Notes under the pieces: generated by a model | Told to the model about the DNA's origin: nothing | The model's input: the letters and a program-made list of their open reading frames with translations, nothing else | Database searches by the model: none | Translations under genes and position numbers: made by a program | Assembly (NCBI RefSeq): GCF_037042905.1 | Contig: NC_087246.1 | Coordinates: 13,950,001 to 14,014,000, forward strand | Origin: Lytechinus pictus | Lineage: Eukaryota | DNA: 64,000 nucleotides | Reading direction: 5' to 3' | Part shown: one piece after another, positions 41,301-56,500 of the stretch | How the letters are laid out: every line of letters starts with the position of its first letter | Numbering within the stretch: the first letter of the stretch is position 1

Positions 41301-44300
41301 CAGTATACATGTAGGTTAATGCTCTCAAATTTCTTGTGTATCCTCACCATATTCATAACCTGATCTGTGATTGTATATTTCTGCTGGTCAATATTTCAGT
41401 GGTATGTTCCAGCGTGACAAAGGCCAATACGACTTCCAATGGTACATTCCACTCACCGAGTTGTCACTCACACCGAATGATCGATGCGAAGGTTGGTGTT
41501 TGAAGGTTTATTGCTTTATAGGAATATATAGAATGGAGGTCAAAGGTCATTTTATCATGGCTTGATGAGATATATCACAGTGTTGATGCAAGAACACCCT
41601 TAACACCACTCTTTCGCGCATCGCATGCGTGCAAAAACGCCCTTAGTGAATTGTGTGAGGTCATTTCTGTACTGATGTGGTGCACGAAAATGTTTTGATA
41701 AGGGCATCCTTGCACTGACACAATGTTATTATGCATGACACAATGATGATTTCATACATTAGTTCTTGGTGTTTTAATGCTTGTTTATTCTTAAATCACA
41801 GTTTGACAAATGAACAACTACCATCAGAGTTCAGATGCCTTGAAACTAGATTGAATTAAATAAAACTTGACTCAAAACCATAATAATTAAAACCATTGCA
41901 TCAATGTGACTGTCACATAAATGTTTGGGACATATAGATCACAATCTTTGTTTTATTTTGGGTTTATAGGTTGCTACTTGAAAGAGAAATCTGTACCTGA
42001 TTCTATAAATTCTGTATAAAAAGTACTTTTACGCATGACAACCATCAGGATATTTCCTTAGTGCATTAAAACTCTTTAATCCAGTTAAAAAGACAGGTCA
42101 AGGGGTTGATATTTTTGCCTGGTGCCAATATTTCTTCATAGACAAGTCATTTTATCTGGAAAGGCCTCTCTTGACCCAGGTGTCAAGTAGGTGTATAGTG
42201 CATAGGAGTTGTTTATTGGCAGCTGGTAACAGCTGTGCATGATATACAACAAAGTGCAGTGACATATTTGTTAATTAAACTAAATGAAACTCCTGAATTA
42301 ACTTTTGCATTGATAAATTCAATTTAGTTTGCCAGTGAGCAATTATATGCCCATCAATATTCCAATATGACAGTTCATATATATGTCTGTTTGGAAGCCT
42401 ATAGTAGAAAACATATTCATAAACTAGGTGTTCTATGATCATGTTCTCGCACCAAGCATGACATGAGTTGAAATGATAAGAACACTGTACTACAAATGAA
42501 AATCAACAGCCATACATGTACAGTATATTGCATATATCTTATTTTGCAGGACACAAAAGTATTTCACTGGTAGGATCATTTAAGAAATTAAAAGCCAAGT
42601 ACTTTGGTCACATTTGATAGTACCAAATCCTTGTAAAGGAGATGAAAAAGGGAAGAAATGAAGCCTTGGACTGAGAAAGAGATCCAGAACCAGAATCATT
42701 TATTATAAGTAAATGTAAAGAACCACAGTGGGGTAAAGCTAAAAATATTTACTGAAATGGCAGAAGATATAGTTTAAAAGGAAGTGCTGAAATCAGCAAC
42801 CCCAAGAGAAGATACTTTGATGGATTGACATTGCTCAAGCATTTTTTCCATCATTCTCAATCTCTGTCTCTCACTGTTTCACTCTGTCTCTGACTGTTTT
42901 TCTCTCTCTCTGTGTCTTTATCTGTTTCTGTCTGACTCTATTTTTGAAATCCTTTAGCTGAACCAGATGTAGTTGCCAAGAGTGATTTTGAGTTGAGGCA
43001 GATGAAGAAAGACATCTCAGAACTACAAGAAAAGATTAAAAGAGACAAGGCAGCAGTAAGTATCATCTAACATGATAACATTCATCTATATTTGCTTCAC
43101 TTTACCCACGTGAAAGAAATTCTTACCTGGCAGGAATTGATTCTTTGAAATGTTAAGCTGACTGATCAGCAGCTGTGCTAGTGCCAGAGTAATAATTCTG
43201 TAGAACCAGCAGTGGCACATTTGACTGACATGAGAGCTATATAGGGGAAGGCAGGGTAAGTTGAGCATAGGGGCAAGTTGAGCCACCGCCCCCAGGCCAA
43301 TAATGAATTAGTTAGACATTATGGTGGTGTCATGTATTGATGACCCATTACATAACCCTTAACCCCACCACATTGTTTTCAACTTTGAAACAAAAAGTAC
43401 TTTTTTAGAGGGAAAAATACAAATTTCAGCCAAAAAAAGTAAAAAAGGGTGTGAAATAGATAAGTGTTTTTTACACACACACTTCTTTACATATAATAAA
43501 GCATATGAACAACATTGTCAGTCCAGGTATGGATCTTCATTCTTGTCACAGTTTTTTACATGATGGATACATAAGAAATGTGTGGATGCGAAATTATCGC
43601 ATTAAGTTCGGACTGGGGTAAGTTGAGCCAGCAAACATGGGGCAAGTTGAGCCATGGTAATTCTTATGGTAATGTAAATGAAAACACAATCAAACCTTAA
43701 AAAGTCATCGATATGCAGGCAGAAAAGAGCAAATTCACATGACAGTTCTTTTCCTTTTAGAGAATGTTAGTATTTTTAGAGAATTAGCAAGTGAAAAGAC
43801 TTTAAATAAAAAAGTTGACATGCTGGTTCTTCCCGCATACATTTTGTACATAGTTTTTGTGGCTCAACTTACACTCGAAGGTGGCACAACTTACCCCCAC
43901 AGATGGGGCAAGTTGTGCCACTTGACATCGTTTTTTTCAAAGGTCACATCGACTTTCAGTGTGGGGGTAGAAAGTTGAATATAGGTGAAAAAGATTTCCC
44001 AATAATCATATTTAAAGGCAAGGTACTTATTTCTACAATATTATTAGTCATATCAATTCTATCATGCAAAATGCAAAAAGTGTCACAACTTACCCCGTCT
44101 TCCCCTAAGGTTCTACTAAAATATCACTTCCATTATCATTTTTGAAATAGTACTCATCTTTTATGTCATTGTAATGATTCGGTATATCTTGGAACATTTG
44201 TTGTACAATTCTGTTTTTCATTAAGGAAGAGTGATGATAGTAATGATGCCCCTTCCCCCACCCCCCCCTCCAAAAAACAAAGAAGTGACATGAAGCATCA

Positions 44301-47300
44301 GGGATACAATCCAACCTAAGATTAGTTCTAACTTATTCTCTGACTTTGCGATAGGGTGCAGTCATACTTCGTAAACAACAAAGGGGGGAGTTCTGGTGAC
44401 AAAATAGGAAATTCCCTTTAACTTTAGTGACCCCCTGCTTTTAAAGTGACAACTCTTTAGCATGTCTTAGATTATTTGAGCTGATGTATATCTACCTCTC
44501 TTCAAATCATAACTTTCTTTGATGTACTTACATTTCAGAAACAATCAAGAGCAATTCTGAAGAGTATTGATCAGAAAAGGAAACAAATGGGAGAATTGGT
44601 AAGAACACCTTACATTATATATGCAGTGTATAACCATATAGCCTCATTTTGTTGAAGGTGGTACAAAATCAATGAATGATTCACATTATAGTGATATAGT
44701 TAAAGAAGCTCAAACTAATTCTTTGTTCAATACTCTTGTTTGTGGCATGCAGTAATGTTCAGATTGATATATATGAATGATGTTATTTTCAAGATATCTG
44801 TGACTGAATAGTGCAATTCATGAAATGGTGTTTTGGTAATGGTACAATTTGTATGCAGTTGCAGGAATGATAACTCAATCTAGCAATGTTGTCTACTTAC
44901 CAATTCTTTAATCTGTTGAAGCACATGATGACACTTATGATATGAAGTTCTGGGACCTTATCTTTATTTGAATTACATGTTTTTATACCATGTAGGACCA
45001 TGCCACTCGTATGTTTACAAAGCTTCAAAATCTTGTCAGAACATAAGAAGGATATCAATAAATTTCAAAGTGCATGAAAGTGTAGACTATCATGATCCAA
45101 CTTCTCTTTCATTTGATACTTTTGTAATTTGTTTAATGATTTAAAACAAGGTTTAATTATGTAAATACTGAACAAGAATCTAATGAACCAATTCATGAGG
45201 TAAACTTCCCTTTAAGTAAGCTCCCTTACTCGTCACACATTCTTTTGGAACAATGTGACTCTTATTAGGAACAATGCCTACATTACTTGTATTTAGAGTT
45301 GTGAATTTTAAAAAGAAATAATAAAAAAAAAATGAAAATGAGTCCAAATTTACAAAATGGTTGGGGAGGGGGGTATGGTATAGGAGAAGCATTAGGCATG
45401 TGATGCACTTTCAACACTTCAATTCAAAGAAGAAATGGACTTCAGTCAAAATAGATACTTGACTTGATAAGATATTTTCTCTTGCATCTCCCCCCAAAAA
45501 TGAATTGAATGAGAATAAGCAGTGTGTCATGGAGAATCGTCATAGGAAAGATCTCTATTATGGTGCCAGTGGGGATTTCCATTTTATGAAAAATTTTAAC
45601 CACACAGAAAATCATTGGGTTTATTGACATTCACAAGCATGCATTAGTGATGTCTTGATGAACAAATTCATTGTGTGAGTTGTATGTTTGAAATGAAGCA
45701 TTCCCACAGTACAATACACATTTGTTCAGCTTTGTTTGCCTTTTATTACTCGTATACAACACACATCACATGGATATACAGATCCAGGGGGGCCGCAAAG
45801 GGTGCTTGTCCTTCCCTCTTGCCTCAAATTGGCCTTATGTCCCCTTGCCAGATCATATTTATTATAAAGTGATAGCCTGTCCCCATTATTTTGGTTGTTT
45901 TGGTTGTTTTGGTTGATTTATTTGTTGTTTGTCAGGTAATTGTATCCCCTCTCTTTCTGTAGAATCCTGGGTCCGCCCCTGATGGCGTGTACCTTTTGCC
46001 CTCGACTTGTGGTATCAATAGAACCCAAATTCCAGGGATACAAAAATATGGCTCGGCTCAAGGGCGGAAAATATCATTTTTAGAATCATATTCATCCCTT
46101 CTTTGACAAACAGTCTGTACTTTCATGGTTGCTCTGCCATTCTGATACGAAGTACTGAAATATGTGAATATTTTTACCACCAGCAAGTCAAAAAGCTATT
46201 GTTATTAGCCAATGGAATTGTGCAGATGTGATCAGCAAGTGCAAATTTATTATCAAATTCAGATATGTTCTCTATAGAAAATGCAAAAATAACCCATCCA
46301 ATTTATTTTGTGTATTTTTTGGCCCTAAGTAGAACAGGTAGATTTTTCAATGCATTAAAATATGAATAAAAATGGATACAAGCAAATATTACCTGATGTA
46401 AATTTAAAGGTAATAGGTTGTCTACTGTTACAATTTTTTTTCTTAGCATTTTCTGATCTTTGATGTTACAAACAGTAGTTTAAGTGAATAGGAATTGGTT
46501 AAACCTTTGTACCCATGCAAAAATAACATCCCAGCAAAGAAATTGCATGTTTATTCAGTTTCTATGAACAAAATACTTTTTATGCGGAAAATAGACTAAG
46601 GGTATTAAGACCCTGAATGCATGTACTTTATGACATTATTATAATAATTTTTTGGTCATAACACTTTTCAAAATAAAGTATTGATGGTTTGACATACCAG
46701 ATATCCATTTATGTATTATACGTGTATTTATTAGACATCATTGAACCGTATTCATATCACCCTGATCAGAACAAAATGTCTATTTCAAAAAGATTTTAAT
46801 GTTCTAATGGCTGTTCACAGTATATTTATTGCCTTCCATTTGGCTATGGAAACCTAGACTAGGTGCATTCATTTTTTGCTCTTTGAATTCATCTGCTATT
46901 TTATTGCAAAAGTATTGCACATGCTATATAGCTACAGTTGAGGCCAGAAGTTTACATACACCCATGAAATTCAAAGAAAAGTTGACACTTGCCAAACATC
47001 ATAAAATTACTGTATCTTATAAAATATTTGTGCTATCATGATGAATATGATATTAACAAATGAGTATGTCATGCCCCTTCATCACATTGCTTTGTCATCA
47101 GGAGCCAAAAAGTATTTAGGTGTCATTTTTCCCCAAAATCTTCATATTTTAGACAAATTAAAAACAAAAGCTTGACAGAAGCATTTCATATTTGTGCGGC
47201 TAGTTACTTCTCAACACAAACATTTTAGATTACACTTTTTTTGTTCAGTGGTGACATATCATGATAGAAAATGTAATATAAATCATAGATTTGACATTTA

Positions 47301-47548
47301 TATATTTCTAGGAAACGATGTTTGAAAATATAATAAACAATAAATACATTAGGCACGAATATACCTGAAATATACTTTAATCCCAACTGCATCCCAATCA
47401 TGTGAAAGAGCTTAATACACTTTTTCATTTGATACCCAATTCGTCATGGTAGTATTTATATTTCTGAAGATATAGTAAATTTTACAATGTTTGGCAAGTG
47501 AACAAATTTCACTGAATTCCATGGGTGTATGCAAACTTTTGGCCTCAA

Positions 47549-47586
<38 letters not shown>

Positions 47587-50500
47587 GAAGATAAGAATTA
47601 TACATGATTAAAATTTACAAGCGGTGCTCGAGTTGAAAGCTAGTAGTCGCTGATATAAACCTCAGTATGGTTATTAAAGCTGGTACCCATTTTAATAGCA
47701 GTGTCATATTACTTTAATGTATGAAGTGGAGTAATATGGTTGCAGGTGTGTGGAAACTGGGCTTGTTTGGATCTATGTAAGATATGTTAAAGCTTTATTA
47801 GTCTTGTGAGTCCAGGGTGGAGTGGGGTGAGGGAGGTCACAGTGTTTTAAGTCTGACCAGGGCCCTGTCTTACAAAGAGTTACGATTGATCCGATCAGTC
47901 ACAATTCTATGGAAATCCAGTATTGTCATAATATTTTTTACAAGAAATTTTACAAACGTCCTTTGTAAACAAAAAGAAGCACACTGAATTTTCAAGAAAA
48001 CCATGGATGTATGAATACATGTACATCATAGTAAGAAAATATTTTGAACAAACATGCATTTCAGATGTTGACATTCCTGGCTTTCCATAGTTGAGATTGA
48101 TTGGATCAATCGCAACTCTTTGTTAAGACGGAGCCCAGAAATCACACTGAAATTCTCAATTATGTGTGGTACATAATGCATCACTACAATGGTCAGAGTA
48201 TGCTGATGGAATGTGCATTAATGGTTACAGCATATTGAAAATATTGCACTCATTGTGGCACTTATGCGTGGTCTTTAAATCTTTTGGAACCATTTTAGAC
48301 TGCCACCACAGAGAACATAATAAAATAATAACGCAGTACTTGTATAGCGCATATCACGTTATGTCATAACGTCCCTATACGCTTCCAAAGGACTTGGATA
48401 TTATTACCCTGGCTTGTTGTCAAGTCCTTATATTTTATACAGATGATTCTTCTCTTGTATTGTCTTGTTTGAAGTTGAGGAAAATGATGTATTATACTCA
48501 CCGCTGTATTTGATGACAAAAAGTAACATTATACATGTAGGAGTATTGGCAATTATGATTTCAGTTGAAAATTTTATTTTTTACTAGGTTTATATAGTTT
48601 TTATATAGTTTAAATGATATTGATAATTATTTATTATTGACACTTTAATTTGTTCATGTTACCATTTATTTTAAATAATTTCTCTTTTTGCAGGAAGTTG
48701 GATATGTTCTTGAATCTCCCAAGCTTCCATTTCACTTATATCACCATTCAGGAAAGGTAAATATTAGCTATTTCATAATAAGGGTTTTCAATAAAATGAA
48801 AGAGAAAAGGAAGAAAAGTGCATCCTTCAAAGAATATCACCCAAATTACTCTCTTAAATATTGTCCTGTACTGCTTAATTCTCTCTTCTATTCTTTGTGA
48901 CTGAATTCTTTTAGATCTTCTGTGTGTGAAAATTTTCATTCATTTTAGTTGATTATTGCTATTAAATGTTCCAGTGCTTCCTGGTATCCATTGTTGTTTT
49001 AATTATAGTTGTTATTGTCATTATTCATAGATCAAGATGACAGCCCGTTTATAATGATTAACCAAAGATACTTTCAAGATGTAAATGAAATTAATTGAAA
49101 TATGACAATATTATAACCACTTCATCAAAGCAATAACTTTGGGGAAAGCAAGGGGAACTAGGAAATGAATAATGATTTGACCTTCGATTAAAATTTCTAA
49201 ATTATTCTAATTACAGGTTTCCTCTTTAATTTATGTTATAAATTATGAATTACATGTGTATGTTTCCCATTATCATACAGACCTACACCATTTTGATGTC
49301 ATCGGACTATGAGAGATCAGACTGGAAAGAAGCCATCTTGACAACGAAGAGAGAGTGCAGAATGACGCCTTCTATCACTCCATACCACATTAGCAAGCTT
49401 ATACCAAAGACAAGACGGGTAAGAACTATGGGAGCTAGAGAAATTATCGTATTAATTATCAAATATTGAGGCCCCTCGTTTCCCCCTCTAATGCAATACA
49501 GATTCAGATTTATATTTTTGTTGTCCATATATTTTGGAATGGAAATTCATACTTTTTGCACATTATATATATATATATTATAGAAAATATGAAAAATTTG
49601 AAAGAAAATAAGTAGACCTACAATGAATATGTGAACAAACAAAGTAATCTACATAATGCATGTAGCTGGTACATATGTCTGCTTATCCATCTACTCTTGA
49701 GAGGATAGTCGTGATCAAAGGAATGTCCAATTCATTTCATAAAATGTTCAACGAATTTCTCAGAATATAATATCTGTTAGTAAATGCAACATCACAGGGG
49801 AATAGAGGGCAATTTTTTTTTGTATGGAGAAGAACAGCGGGTATTCAAACCATTAAGTGAATTGGAAGGGATTTGTCCCTTACAAAATGGTAGAGATTTA
49901 ACACAATACTCACTTTATGTCACCATCCATAAAAACTTGATAAAACCCTGTGTAATCTACATAATTATTGATATATTTCTTTTGTGTTATTTTTTTATCC
50001 ATAGCTTCAAAAGAAAAACAATGAATTTTCTCTCATAATATCTTTATAATTGACTCTCTGATGACCAAATGTAGATTTGGTTGTTCAGAAGTAGACAAAA
50101 AAAAATTGAACCAAAGAGCAAAACCCTCAACCACTTTGCTGTACCTCGATGATTTTTAGGGCCACTTTTTTGGTTGTCATGTTTCGGTTTAGAGTTTGTT
50201 AGAGTGTATTTACTCCTGTTTCCTTCCTCTTTCCTGTTGCCATTTTCTATTCAGGGACGAGATTCCTATGTCAACATCAGCTCAGTTTTACTGAAAGACA
50301 GTGAGTATATAATCTGCAGCTGGGTCCTGTATTATAAAGCTTAAGGATTGATTGGAAGATTAATTTTGATTGATGATTGCATTGAACATTATGCATAATC
50401 AGTCTTTAGAATCAGTTGTACAATCGATTGCTAAAGTGTATGTTACAGGTCCCAGGTTAATATGTAATAAAGCCATCAGAAACTATGTCAAGTAACTTTA

Positions 50501-53500
50501 TGAAGAACTTGCATACATGTACGTGCAGTATGAAAAGTCAAGTGTGATCATTTCCATTTTCATTAGCTCTTAAAAGTAGAACTAGGACTAATGTAGATTA
50601 AATGTCTTATTTGGTTTTACTTGTACAGCAGGTGCAATAAAACTAGGAATAGTAGTTGGAGGGGTGGGATCGAGAGATTTGCCGGGGGGGGGGGGGTTGT
50701 CATCTGCTTAATGGACGCCAACTGCTGACATCATGATTTGCTTCTCACGTACCATGGTTAATATGAAACTGAAACAAAGTCCAAGGATGGGTGGTTATGT
50801 ATGTAATGCAGTACATAGAGACTGCATACATGTGTCATGCTGTACGCAGGGCCTCCTATTATAGAAAGTTTATATTTCAATCAATATCACGTATGTAAAG
50901 CCACCTGTTGCAAATTTATGACTTGTGGGGTGTCCGTTACTGAACAAAACGAGCATGCAGAGTGGTCAATTTGACGACGAATGCACAAGCATATATATAC
51001 ATCGTACATGTACATCTTGAGCATTATGCTTCATGCGTTCATATTCTGCATGACAAGTATAACACCTGAATGGGCCCATCACTTTTCATTTTTGAGAAAT
51101 TATTTTTAAAGATTAAAGATCATTAGCATAGCTTTATATGGTAGTGTATCAGTATTTTTTTAGGGGGGTATTTAAGCAAATTTTCATTACTTCTGCATAA
51201 TTTTCCTTGTGAATCATAAAATCCAGGGTAGTAATTAGCAAACAAACTCAGACAACATCTGTATCGATTAAAAGTTATTATGTAGTACAATGATACAGAG
51301 TAAACATACTTTGGCTATCATTATCTATGTTCAGATAATGTGTGTGCTTTGGAGGTGGAGTCTTACACAGCTTTTATTTCCATTTGTTCTTTATGTTTGG
51401 TTTAAACTTGTTTCAATGTTTGAACATGTTTTATGGTTTATTTTCTGAGATACATATGAGTGAGTCATGGCATCTTGTTAGATTATTATAAAAATCAACT
51501 ACCAGCTTATGCTTTTCAATATTTGGTGTTCAAGTTAATATTAAACAGATATATTGGATGAAGAAGTTAGTCATCCTTATTTTTCTGTAGAAAAAAAATT
51601 CTTTAAAACTAATTCCCTAAAAACTCATTTATTTCCCCAAAAGGCGTGACCCCTAATACACCCAAAAAAGTCTGGTATTTTTCCTTGTTAAGGAGCGTCA
51701 CATGTTTAGAGGCTAGATAGGTCAAAAGGTTCCAAGTTTGTTTGCCCATCCATGTTTTTTGTAGATGATTTAGAAGACATGTGCTAATGGATGTGTACAC
51801 CAATGTGTATATGACACAACCCCTCCCCCTTGCAGTATTTCCCTTGTCTAAGGGCATAGACTTAATAAATTTGACCCTATAACACAAACTTAAATCATGG
51901 ATCAATTTTAATGCATGATTATCAATCATGACAATCAGTTCTGCAATCAATTACAATGCTTTGTGTCATGGGGTCTTCATTAGTAATCAGCTCAAACCAA
52001 AATGTTCTGATAAAGTCATCAGTATTAGGACTGACATCTCATCCACTCATACTGTTAGTAATATCCTGCATACCTTGGTGTTCATAACAGTATTCCCATT
52101 AACTGTTGGCTATAAACTTGATGCCATATTTGTACATCGGGGCCTGTAGACATGTTTGAATGTCCTCAAATGGAATATAGACAATTGTTGAGGATCCATC
52201 CTATACATGTAGTGTTTTATAGTATAAAACAAGGCATGTCATTGTATAGATTGCTATTAAAGCAGGAAGCAGAGCAAGCTATTAGGACGCTAATCACCTT
52301 CCTGAATTCTCGTGTGGCTTTTCCCTATATTATTCTCCTTTTTTTGTTTTGCAATTAGCTTTTTATTCAGCATATTTCCTTTGTTTTTGAAAAAGAAAGA
52401 CCTTTTCTTAGCTAAATGAAAAGCATGATATTTCAGTTCAACAAATATGGTATCTTTCTATGTGATTTATAAGATGATGTACATACACTTGCACACTGCA
52501 CTTCACCAGTGCGACAATACACCTGACGGTGGCCTGTACTGTTTCCAGAAGAAGAAGATTTGTTTTAGCCCTTGTGTGCATAGGAGTATACATATCTTTA
52601 TGCAGTTATTTTTCTCCTTAATGGTATTCAGTATTAGGACACTATAATTTATTCCTTTTCCAATGATTGAACAAGATCATATCTTATATTCTAATCTTTA
52701 ATAAATACCCAATAATTTTAGCTGGTTTTCTTCAGAATATAATCATGATAAAAGTCAGTATTAGCTCAATTTTGTCTTGCAAAAACTTAGTCTTCTTAGT
52801 TCCTGAATCATATGTTCTACCTTTATTCTCATTAACTTTAATTACCGGTATGCTTGCTAATGTAAATGTGGGATGTATGGGTTATTCAAAGGTATTTAAA
52901 ACCATTTAGTGTTTGTGATGTGCTGGTTTACAATAATGTATTTAATGAGTACTCGTCAAAGGACAGGTGCAAACTTCAATGATGACTTGATGAGGTGGGA
53001 TGTTTATGTCGTGATAAAAGATCTGTGAAACATAAATTGCATAGTTTAATGAGATTTGTTTACAATATGATATATCAATGGGCAGTAGAAACTTGGGAGT
53101 ACCCCACCTTGCACATACTAGTAGTTATAAAACATAATTTATGTGGTATATATGTTTACATTAATTTGCTCATTATAGAGTACTAGTATGGAAAGGATTC
53201 AGGAAGTATCTGTAGTTTCAAAGAGAAATATGAAAGGGTGTGTTTGCATCTAGGTATAAAAATTACATTTTTAATTACTTTTTTCTAGTCAATGAAAAGT
53301 AATGATAAACCAAATTTTTTGAATCAGTGAACTATGAAACATATAAACATTTGAACAAGGGTGTTGAGGAACCATCTCACACTGTGTAAAGTAATATGTT
53401 CAGTTTTGTAGAAGACGGTATTTCCACAGCACAAAACAAAAAATCTCCAAACTGAATCCTGAATTTCTTTAAATTTATAAGCATTTCCTGGAATTATCAA

Positions 53501-56500
53501 GTTTATTTTTAAACAAAAATAGGACAATAAGTCAAAGTCCTCTTTTATTTATACACTCCCTCGATGTGGACAAAGCAGTGCAAGTGAAATTTTTTGAGCT
53601 GAATAATGAGTTGAATAACTGTCCAAAAGGACATGTATATTAAAACTTGTTACATTTGATTATGTTGTATTTTTAATTTTTGTACTTCCCATAATTTTCT
53701 GGATTTTTTTTTCATTTCATGAAGATGGCCTGGATTTCCTGGAATTCAGGAAATTTCATTCTAAAGTGGAAACACTCGTAAAAGAGGGTTTTTTTTAGAT
53801 ATATCAAAGATATTACTGGACGTTTGAAGAAAGTGTTACTTTATGATTTCACTCAAACTGAGGCAAAGATATATTTTGCATCACAAGAATGTTTTTTGAA
53901 TCGTTATATTTTAATTTTCATTCACATACATGTGTTATCTTTTATTTCTTGATTTGTTTCTTCCTAGATGACGAGCTGCTTACGGGCATGCTGCATGTAA
54001 TAGTGAAAGAAGCTAGAGGGTTAACAGTCCCCTCCCGTAAGTAAACACATTGTATTCGAACCTCAAATTATCTTACATTAATTGAGGTCAATAAACTTTA
54101 CTTTACTTGTAGGACTAAACCTATTCATCGATCAAAGTAGAGATGTCCTTTGCTGCTCTCCTTCAGATAAAATTATACTGTCAAGTCTATTCTTAAATGC
54201 ATTCACTGAACAAGTAGTAACTACATCTTCTAGGAGACTGTTCCACACATTTATCACTCGGTTAGCAAAGAAAAACTTACACACATCAAGACGTGAATAT
54301 TTTTTTCTAGCTTTAAGGAATGACCACGTGTTTTACCACTATTTCTCAGACAGAAAAGCTCAGAACTTGTATCATAGTATACCATGCAGATATTGTACAC
54401 ATTAATCATGTCACCTCTATTTCGTCTGTGACTGAGTGGCATTAATTTCAGGTGGCGAAACATCCAGTGTATGAAAGGTGCTTAATACCTGGGATCAATT
54501 AATATGGTAAAGATTATCAAATATGTTATCTGTTATTGTGTATTGTGGGAAATTGTGCATTTGTATAATTCATGAGCAATAACAATGCTTGCCTTTCTAA
54601 GTACTGTCTGTACTACTAGAGATATTGAAAAATTAGCTACTGTACGATTGATAATCATGATTTTCAAAGCTGCAGTGACCAAATACAGATTTTAAACTTA
54701 ACATTACTGTCCCATCAGAATTAATTCAACACACAAAGAATATCAAATCATTGTCATGGCAGGAATGAACATCCATATAACTTCACCATGCGATTCCATG
54801 AGCCGTTGATTGTATATCTGATTTTTACAATTGATTCCAAAATTAAGGACCAAGACCCTGTTGCATAAAGTTACCATTATGGTAACTTTGCCATCCATTG
54901 GTGGCTTGTATGGAACCCTTGATTTTGATTGGCTGTTGATCATCAGCGTACCCTGGTAGTTACCATTGGATGGTAAAGTTACTATAAAAGTAACTCTTAT
55001 GCAACAGGGCCCTGATCTTTGAACAATGGTTGCCAAAAGATGGCAGCAAACAGAATAGACAAATACTGTCACGTTTTTTTTTCAGAGTTGTATTGCTGTC
55101 TGGAGACTGATGCATACGGAATCTTCTCTCGTATGGCAAAAACTAGGAAGACATCAAATACAATCAAACCAAAGTGGAATGAGGTAAGTATTAATTTGTC
55201 GGTTTGCTTATTTAAAATCAACTCTTTTCCCACATGAATGCGTTAACACAAATGTATAATCATATGAAAAATGTATCACTCAAAAGAAAAATTTTATTCC
55301 AACTTATTAATATAATAATTTCCTTATTACTGAAATGTTATTTATCCAGGGCACTAAGTTATTCTAATGTCGACTCTGTTCTCTTGACCAAAGGCCATGT
55401 TATAGTTTTTGTTTGTAATTGCTTGTTGGGCTCACCCTACAAATGTGACTGTATCTGGTGTGCGCTAGATCATTTTTTTTTCATAAACACCCTCAAAGAG
55501 GTGTAAATGAACCACTGAGGCATGCAAATAAGCATACAGTAATAAACAGCCCCATTTTCACTACCACACTTATAAAGCGCCTGCACCGTACATGAACAAA
55601 TATCTGGGGTAATGTGAATGGGGTCATAGTTTAATAGCCTTCTTGATGATTGATTATGGTTGTCCCCTCACTCAGTTTCACTTTCATAAATCTATTTTCA
55701 TTAATGTCCAAAATATTGAATATTAGAGGGAAGTAGGCCCTTTAAAATCATAATAAAAGTTTCAATTTCGACCTTATACTTAAGTGCTTTGCTTTATAGC
55801 ATTCTAATTGTGTAGTATCTGATGTTTCTATTCAAAGTTTAATTGAAGTATCTCATATTACATTAAAAGTGCACGTCACAAATCTAGCTAAGGGGTTCAC
55901 GTAACAACCTTTTTTTAAATTACAATTTTCCTTTGTCTTCCATATGTCATAGAGCTATGCAATACATATTATGGTGTGATGATAATCATAACCACATTTT
56001 AATCATTAAAAATGCATATTAATTCCTACTTCAATTGATTGTAATTAGTTCAGTTTTTCAGTTCTTGAATAACAAAATATGAAAATAAAATGCATCAAAT
56101 GACTTCAAATTCCACTTTATTTCTAGATTGAAACATTTTGCGTATCATCATGACCATTATGTGTTATTAAAAAGGTATCAATTTAGGCAACCAAAGTTTC
56201 TGACTTCCATTTCATTGACATTTAAATCATTTGTGATTCATGTATGATAAATGTTGATAAAAACTGGCTTTAAAATCTTCATTGAATTCTTATGATGGCA
56301 ATAGGAGTTTGCTCTTGACGTGGATGGAGCGAAGACGCTGAGGATCCTATGCTATGATTTCACCAAGGGTCTGGATGATGAGATGTATGACAAGGGTGCT
56401 GTCAGTCTTGCAAAGCAGGATATCAGTGTTACAGGAGGCAAGGATTTCACCATTCTCATGGACCAGGTAAGTCATGTGGTATGACAGCGATATCATCGGG

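Noticed and set aside
43244-43925. CRISPR-like array of short repeats
   Set aside because: Irregular spacing, both orientations, inside a TIR element, eukaryotic context, no cas genes.
53238-53778. Possible hAT-like element (GTGTGTTTGCATCTAG ... CTAAAGTGGAAACACTC)
   Set aside because: TIR match is too degenerate and I could not find a TSD.
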